A stretch of 64,000 nucleotides of DNA from Chthoniobacterales bacterium (GTDB taxonomy: Bacteria > Verrucomicrobiota > Verrucomicrobiia > Chthoniobacterales > SZAS-18), in contig JBBQFQ010000021.1 of NCBI GenBank assembly GCA_038322235.1, forward strand, positions 1 through 64,000. The letters are read 5' to 3'. The notes beneath the pieces were generated by a model. It made no database searches. It saw nothing but the letters and a program-made list of their open reading frames with translations, and was not told the DNA's origin. A program made the translations under genes and the position numbers. Shown here one piece after another: positions 59,539 through 64,000 of the stretch. Numbering within the stretch: position 1 is the first letter of the stretch; each line of letters starts with the position of its first letter.

Positions 59539-60975
59539 TCACGGAGCGGCCGGCGCGCTTCCGAGAGCCTTGATCGCCGGCCCGACGACCGGCTGGAGCA
59601 AAAACTCCTCGAAGAAGACGTCGTTGTGGAGATTGCTGAGCGTCGCGCCGGGCAGGTCGGCGGAGGCCGCCTTGAGGTGCGCCGCGGCGGCGTCGAATTC
59701 CCCCCGGCGCACCTCGGTCGCGGCGGAGAGGACCAACCATTCCGCGCCCTTGCGTTCCTCCGGCGGGGCGGCGGCGAGGCGCTGGTCGATGAGGGAAGCG
59801 TTCCCGCGCTCGATCTCCACCAGCGCGAGCTTCACGCGGATGAGGAGGGCTTCGCCGGGGGTGATCTCGCGTTTGAGGGCCGCCTGATAGCGCGCGAGCG
59901 CGAGGAGGGGAAGCCCGGTCCGGCGCGCGGAATCGCCCCAGAGAAGGTAGTGCCGGGCGCGCAGCGGCTCGAGACCGATCGCAGTGAGGAACGCGGCGTT
60001 GGCGGCCTGGACATCGCGCATCTCGGTGTAGACGCTACCGAGCTGGCTCGCCGCGGCGGCGGCGGATTCCCCCGAGCGGATCGCGTTCTTCAATTCCTGG
60101 ACCGCCCGCGGGGAATTGCCGCGGCGGAGAGCGATGAGTCCGAGCCGGAAATCGATTCCGGGTGCCCGGGGGTTCATGCCGCGCGCTTCGCGATAGAGTC
60201 GCTCGGCCTTGTCCAGATCGCCGCGCACCTCGGCGGCGAGCGCCTCCTCAAATTTCAGCACGGACGGCGAGCCGAGAATGTCGAAGGCGGGGGCACGGAA
60301 GCTGGTCGGGTCGAACGTGTCCGAGATCGGTTCACCTGGCTCGCGGTTGGCCACGGCCGAGATCGGCGCGGGCTCCGAGGGGTATGCGTACGCCCGCAGC
60401 AGCCATCCCCCGAAGGCGCCGATGAACAACGCGCCGACCACGAAAGCGAGATACGCCTCCGGTGGAATCCGGTTGAGCGGCTGGTTGGATTCCCATGTCG
60501 AGCCGTAGGGTACGAAGGGCTTGGGATCGGGCTCCTCCCAGACCGGAGCGGGTTCGCCGGGCGCCGGCGCGGATCCCGGGCGGATCGAGGCGGGGGATTT
60601 TTCCGGGGAGTCGATCGTGTTCCCAATCGGCCGGAAGCGCCGGTTGCGGGCGGTCTTCCGTTCCTCGGTTTCCGCCGCGGGCGCGGCGGGCTTCCCGATG
60701 AGATGCTCCAGCTTCTCCCGGGCGGCGGCGATGTCGGCATCGAGATTGTCCGAGCCCCAACGGGGGGCGGGTTCTGGCGCGGCCGCCCGGCGTGGACCCG
60801 GGGCGGGGGCACCGGGTTCGGCGGGCCGGGCTTTCGTGAACCGCGTCACCGCGGGGGTCACGGGCGCGGCCGGGGCAGGTGGCATTTCTTCGCCCGTGAG
60901 CGGGTCGAGCGGTTTTCTTTTGTCGAAGCGATCCCTCATCGGAGAATGGTCGGACGGTCTGCTGCGAGCCATCAT
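59539..60975 (-). CDS. membrane-anchored Pro-rich TPR repeat protein
   Basis: Pro/Ala-rich N-region, one TM (AYLAFVVGALFIGAFGGWLL), C-terminal TPR-like repeats (AERLYREARGMNP; LGLIALRRGNSPRAVQELKNAI). Confidence 0.55.
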   Translation of the reverse strand: MMARSRPSDHSPMRDRFDKRKPLDPLTGEEMPPAPAAPVTPAVTRFTKARPAEPGAPAPGPRRAAAPEPAPRWGSDNLDADIAAAREKLEHLIGKPAAPAAETEERKTARNRRFRPIGNTIDSPEKSPASIRPGSAPAPGEPAPVWEEPDPKPFVPYGSTWESNQPLNRIPPEAYLAFVVGALFIGAFGGWLLRAYAYPSEPAPISAVANREPGEPISDTFDPTSFRAPAFDILGSPSVLKFEEALAAEVRGDLDKAERLYREARGMNPRAPGIDFRLGLIALRRGNSPRAVQELKNAIRSGESAAAAASQLGSVYTEMRDVQAANAAFLTAIGLEPLRARHYLLWGDSARRTGLPLLALARYQAALKREITPGEALLIRVKLALVEIERGNASLIDQRLAAAPPEERKGAEWLVLSAATEVRRGEFDAAAAHLKAASADLPGATLSNLHNDVFFEEFLLQPVVGPAIKALGSAPAAP

Positions 60976-61094
60976 AGCGCATGGCGGGAAAACGCCAATT
61001 CGCGGGAATCGCTGGATTCATGCCGCTCCGCAAGAGCCGGACGCTGGGTCGAGATGTTGACGCTCCCCGCTTTCTCGGCATCGTGCAACTCCCG

Positions 61095-62897
61095 ATGAGT
61101 TGCGCGCCTCTGACTCGAAATTTCTGCATCATCGCCCACATCGATCACGGGAAGACCACCCTGTCGGACCGGCTCCTGGCGCGGACTTCCACGATCGCGG
61201 TGCGCGATGCGCAGGACCAGCACCTCGACTCGATGGATCTCGAGCGTGAGCGCGGCATCACGATCAAGGCGCATCCGGTGGCGATGCGCTACACGGCGCA
61301 GGACGGGATCGAGTACAAGCTCAACCTGCTCGACACCCCGGGACACGTCGATTTCGCCTACGAGGTTTCCCGTTCGCTCGCGGCGTGTGAGGGCGCGCTG
61401 CTGATCGTGGACGCGGCGCAGGGCGTGGAGGCGCAGACCGTGGCCAACGTCCACCTCGCGATGAAGCAGGGACTCACGATCGTCCCGGTCATTAACAAGA
61501 TCGACCTGCCGAACTCGGACATCCCAAGCGTCAATCGCCAGCTCGAGGAGATCCTCGCGATCCCTTCCGAGGAAGCTCTGCACGCGAGCGCGAAGGCCGG
61601 GATCGGCATCGACGAAATTCTCGAAGCGGTGGTGAAGCGCATTCCTCCGCCGAAGGAAATGGCGCAGCCCTCGATCGTGCGGGGACTCGTCTTCGACAGC
61701 GTCTTCGACATCTATCGCGGAGTCATCACATACGTCCGCGTCTTCAGCGGCCAGATCAAGCCGGGGATGCCCATCCGCACGATGAGCACCGGCAACACCT
61801 ACGACGTGAAGGAAGTCGGGGTTTTCACGCCGAAGATGTCGCAGCGAGAGACGCTGGAAGCGGGCGACGTGGGCTATCTCATCGCCAACATCAAGACGAC
61901 GTCCGATGTGAAGATCGGTGACACGATCACGGACCCGCGCTTCGCGGCGAAGGAGCCGCTGCCCGGGTTTCAGGAGATTCACCCGATGGTTTATTCGGGC
62001 ATTTACCCGATCAACACGGCCGATTTCGAGCACCTCAAGGCGGCGCTCGGCAAGCTGCAGCTCAATGACGCGGCCTTCGTCTATCAGTCGGAGTCCAGCG
62101 TCGCGCTCGGATTTGGTTTTCGCTGCGGCTTTCTCGGGCTCCTGCACATGGAGATCGTCCAGGAGCGGCTCCGGAGGGAGTTCGACATGGACATCATCGC
62201 AACCTACCCCTCGGTCATCTACGAGGTGGAGAAAAACGATGGCGAAGTCATCTACGTGGACAATCCCACGCACCTGCCCGACCAAAGCTTCATCAAGGAA
62301 ATCCGGGAGCCGGTCGTGAAGGCTTTCCTGCTCGTGCCGAATGAGAACATCGGCGACATGATGCAGCTCGTGATGGAGAAGCGCGGGAGCATGGATCACA
62401 CGGAGACGCTCGACACCCGGCGCGTCATGCTCACGTGCGTGCTGCCGCTGAACGAGATCCTCGTCGACTTCAACGACAAGATGAAGTCCATCACGCGCGG
62501 CTATGGCAGCATGGATTACGAGCACGACGGCTATCGAGCCTCGGATCTGGTGAAGCTGGACATGCTCGTCAACGCGGAGCCGGTCGATGCGTTTTCCAGC
62601 ATTGTGCACCGGGACAAGGCCGAGGCCCGCGGCCGGATGCTGGCGGCAAAGCTGAAGGAAGTCATTCCCACCCAGCTCTACCAGGTGAGCATTCAGGGCG
62701 CGATCGGCGGCAAGATCGTCGCGCGGGAAAATGTCAGCGCCTTGCGCAAGAACGTGACCGCGAAATGCTATGGCGGCGACATCAGCCGCAAACGGAAGCT
62801 CCTCGAGAAGCAGAAGGAGGGAAAGAAGCGGATGAAGGCCATCGGCACCGTGAACATCCCGCAGGAGGCTTTCATTCAGGTGCTGCGCGCCGGGTAG
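61095..62897 (+). CDS. lepA: elongation factor 4 (translational GTPase LepA)
   Basis: IRNFCIIAHIDHGKTTLSDRLL, DTPGHVDF, NKIDLP and a LepA-specific C-terminal domain. Start at internal ATG 61095 (MSCAPLTRNFCIIAHIDHGKTT). Confidence 0.95.
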   Translation: MSCAPLTRNFCIIAHIDHGKTTLSDRLLARTSTIAVRDAQDQHLDSMDLERERGITIKAHPVAMRYTAQDGIEYKLNLLDTPGHVDFAYEVSRSLAACEGALLIVDAAQGVEAQTVANVHLAMKQGLTIVPVINKIDLPNSDIPSVNRQLEEILAIPSEEALHASAKAGIGIDEILEAVVKRIPPPKEMAQPSIVRGLVFDSVFDIYRGVITYVRVFSGQIKPGMPIRTMSTGNTYDVKEVGVFTPKMSQRETLEAGDVGYLIANIKTTSDVKIGDTITDPRFAAKEPLPGFQEIHPMVYSGIYPINTADFEHLKAALGKLQLNDAAFVYQSESSVALGFGFRCGFLGLLHMEIVQERLRREFDMDIIATYPSVIYEVEKNDGEVIYVDNPTHLPDQSFIKEIREPVVKAFLLVPNENIGDMMQLVMEKRGSMDHTETLDTRRVMLTCVLPLNEILVDFNDKMKSITRGYGSMDYEHDGYRASDLVKLDMLVNAEPVDAFSSIVHRDKAEARGRMLAAKLKEVIPTQLYQVSIQGAIGGKIVARENVSALRKNVTAKCYGGDISRKRKLLEKQKEGKKRMKAIGTVNIPQEAFIQVLRAG

Positions 62898-63060
62898 CGC
62901 GAACGCGCCGCGGGCGGGTTGTTCCCGGCGATTGATGGAGGATAGGGCTCTTCCCCCGAGAGAAAATTCCGCGGCGCGCGCCGGTCGGCCGGCCCGCGTG
63001 CCATCGACCGCAAATTGGGGCCCGGCCCGACCGCGCGCTCTGGGATCCGAATTCCCCGCC

Positions 63061-63240
63061 TTACGCGGTCGTTTCGGGCGCGGGGGCGGGCGCGTCCGGG
63101 TTTCCGCCTTCGGTGGCGGGAGTTCCGTCCTCGTTCGTCGCGGTGGTTCCAGACGCCTTGGCCTCCAGCTTGCGCTGCTTTTTGGCCTTCTTCTCCATTT
63201 CCCGTCTGCGCTTTTCAAAAGAGTAGTTTGGTTTCGCCAT
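63061..63240 (-). CDS. small highly charged protein (59 aa), below ORF-track threshold
   Basis: Hand translation: MAKPNYSFEKRRREMEKKAKKQRKLEAKASGTTATNEDGTPATEGGNPDAPAPAPETTA. Lys/Arg-rich N-half, acidic C-half. Lies inside the long antisense ORF 60972..63302 but in a different frame. Weak SD. Confidence 0.35.
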   Translation of the reverse strand: MAKPNYSFEKRRREMEKKAKKQRKLEAKASGTTATNEDGTPATEGGNPDAPAPAPETTA

Positions 63241-63377
63241 AGTTTCGTTCGTTTCCGCGGGGTTGGGGTTTCGCTCAGCGTGCTGCCTGCGCCCGGAAGC
63301 ACAAGCGCAAAGCCGTCGCTCCGGACATCATTTATGCGTCGCTCCGGAGGCGCGGCTGGGGCAAAACAGGAGCTCGC

Positions 63378-64000
63378 ATGCTTCCCCGACCGCTCTCCGC
63401 CCTGTTCCTAGCCGCGCTTGTGGTGCGCTCCGCCCTCGCGGCGGAAGCACTCATCCTCATTCATGGAAACATCCACACGGGCAGCGCTGCCCTCCCGCGG
63501 GCCGAAGCGGTCCTCGTGCAGGAGGGCCGGATTTTTTCCGTCGGAAGCTCCGCGGAAATCGCGCGACAGGCGCCCGCCGGCGCCCGGGTGATCGACCTGC
63601 AGGGTCGGACGGTCGTTCCCGGACTCACGGATGCGCACGTGCACCTCGCGGGAATCGGCGCGCGCGAGCTCACCTTCAATCTCGAGGGAACCTCGAGTCT
63701 GGCGGACTTGCAGACGCGCCTCCGGGAGCGCGCCCGCCAGACGCCCGCCGGAAAATGGATCACCGGCCGGGGCTGGATCGAATCGAAGTGGGTGCCGGCC
63801 GCTTTTCCCACCGCGGCGGAACTCGATGCCGCGGCGCCGGAGCATCCCGTCGCGCTGAAGCGGGCGGATGGTCACGCGATCGTCGTGAACTCCGCCGCGC
63901 TGAAGCTGGCCGGGATCGATCAGGCCACGGCGAATCCGGCCGGCGGGGAAATCGTGCGTGATCCGCGCACCGGCGCGGCGACCGGCATGCTCGTGGACGC
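63378..64000 (+). CDS. amidohydrolase-family metal-dependent hydrolase (5' partial; continues beyond window)
   Basis: Signal peptide MLPRPLSALFLAALVVRSALA. HxH metal-binding motif (LTDAHVHLAGIG). Confidence 0.75.
   Translation, partial: MLPRPLSALFLAALVVRSALAAEALILIHGNIHTGSAALPRAEAVLVQEGRIFSVGSSAEIARQAPAGARVIDLQGRTVVPGLTDAHVHLAGIGARELTFNLEGTSSLADLQTRLRERARQTPAGKWITGRGWIESKWVPAAFPTAAELDAAAPEHPVALKRADGHAIVVNSAALKLAGIDQATANPAGGEIVRDPRTGAATGMLVD

Overview
This is a 64 kb chromosomal segment with very high GC (about 67-70%) from a Gram-negative bacterium. The gene content is PEP-CTERM proteins, many TPR, Ser/Thr-kinase and ECF-sigma genes, BNR repeats and SPFH proteins, which suggests a Verrucomicrobiota- or Acidobacteriota-like organism (a guess). 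I can support about 50 CDS plus one tRNA-Pro(GGG). Because of the GC bias almost every real gene is shadowed by a long antisense ORF, so strands were assigned by recognisable domain content, signal peptides and gene coupling. Housekeeping genes include ruvB, a C-terminal processing protease, a NupC-family nucleoside transporter, moaC, tdh, an SDR and lepA. Accessory content, in window order: (1) a WYL-domain regulator, followed by an ECF sigma/anti-sigma pair placed divergently to a secreted VIT-vWA plus vWA gene pair. (2) tRNA-Pro followed by a 689-aa flotillin-like SPFH protein. (3) A 1147-aa Ser/Thr kinase with TPR and TolB-N-like domains, whose start codon is immediately preceded by an unusual inverted array of heptamer repeats (TCAGT[A/G]AT). 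(4) A translationally coupled pair: a YdjI-like SPFH protein fused to a C-terminal HTH, plus a double zinc-ribbon membrane protein. (5) A BlaI/BlaR1-like module whose M56 sensor peptidase carries HEAT repeats, with a 16-bp inverted-repeat operator candidate and two small lipoproteins. (6) A beta-helix protein, an outer-membrane beta-barrel, a giant FecR-domain protein and a CHASE2 adenylate cyclase. (7) A REP-associated tyrosine transposase (RAYT) flanked by REP arrays in alternating orientation, next to a 63-bp x 9 tandem array. (8) A MacB-type tripartite ABC efflux system whose 3' end is overlapped, convergently, by a small antitoxin plus a MazF/PemK-like toxin that is recognisable only in its N-terminal half. 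(9) A SWIM zinc-finger protein. I found no CRISPR array, rRNA, integrase or phage structural gene. The most plausible candidates for an undescribed system are the SPFH-HTH/zinc-ribbon pair, the heptamer-repeat control region of the kinase, and the REP/RAYT plus tandem-repeat locus. All are inferences from sequence alone.
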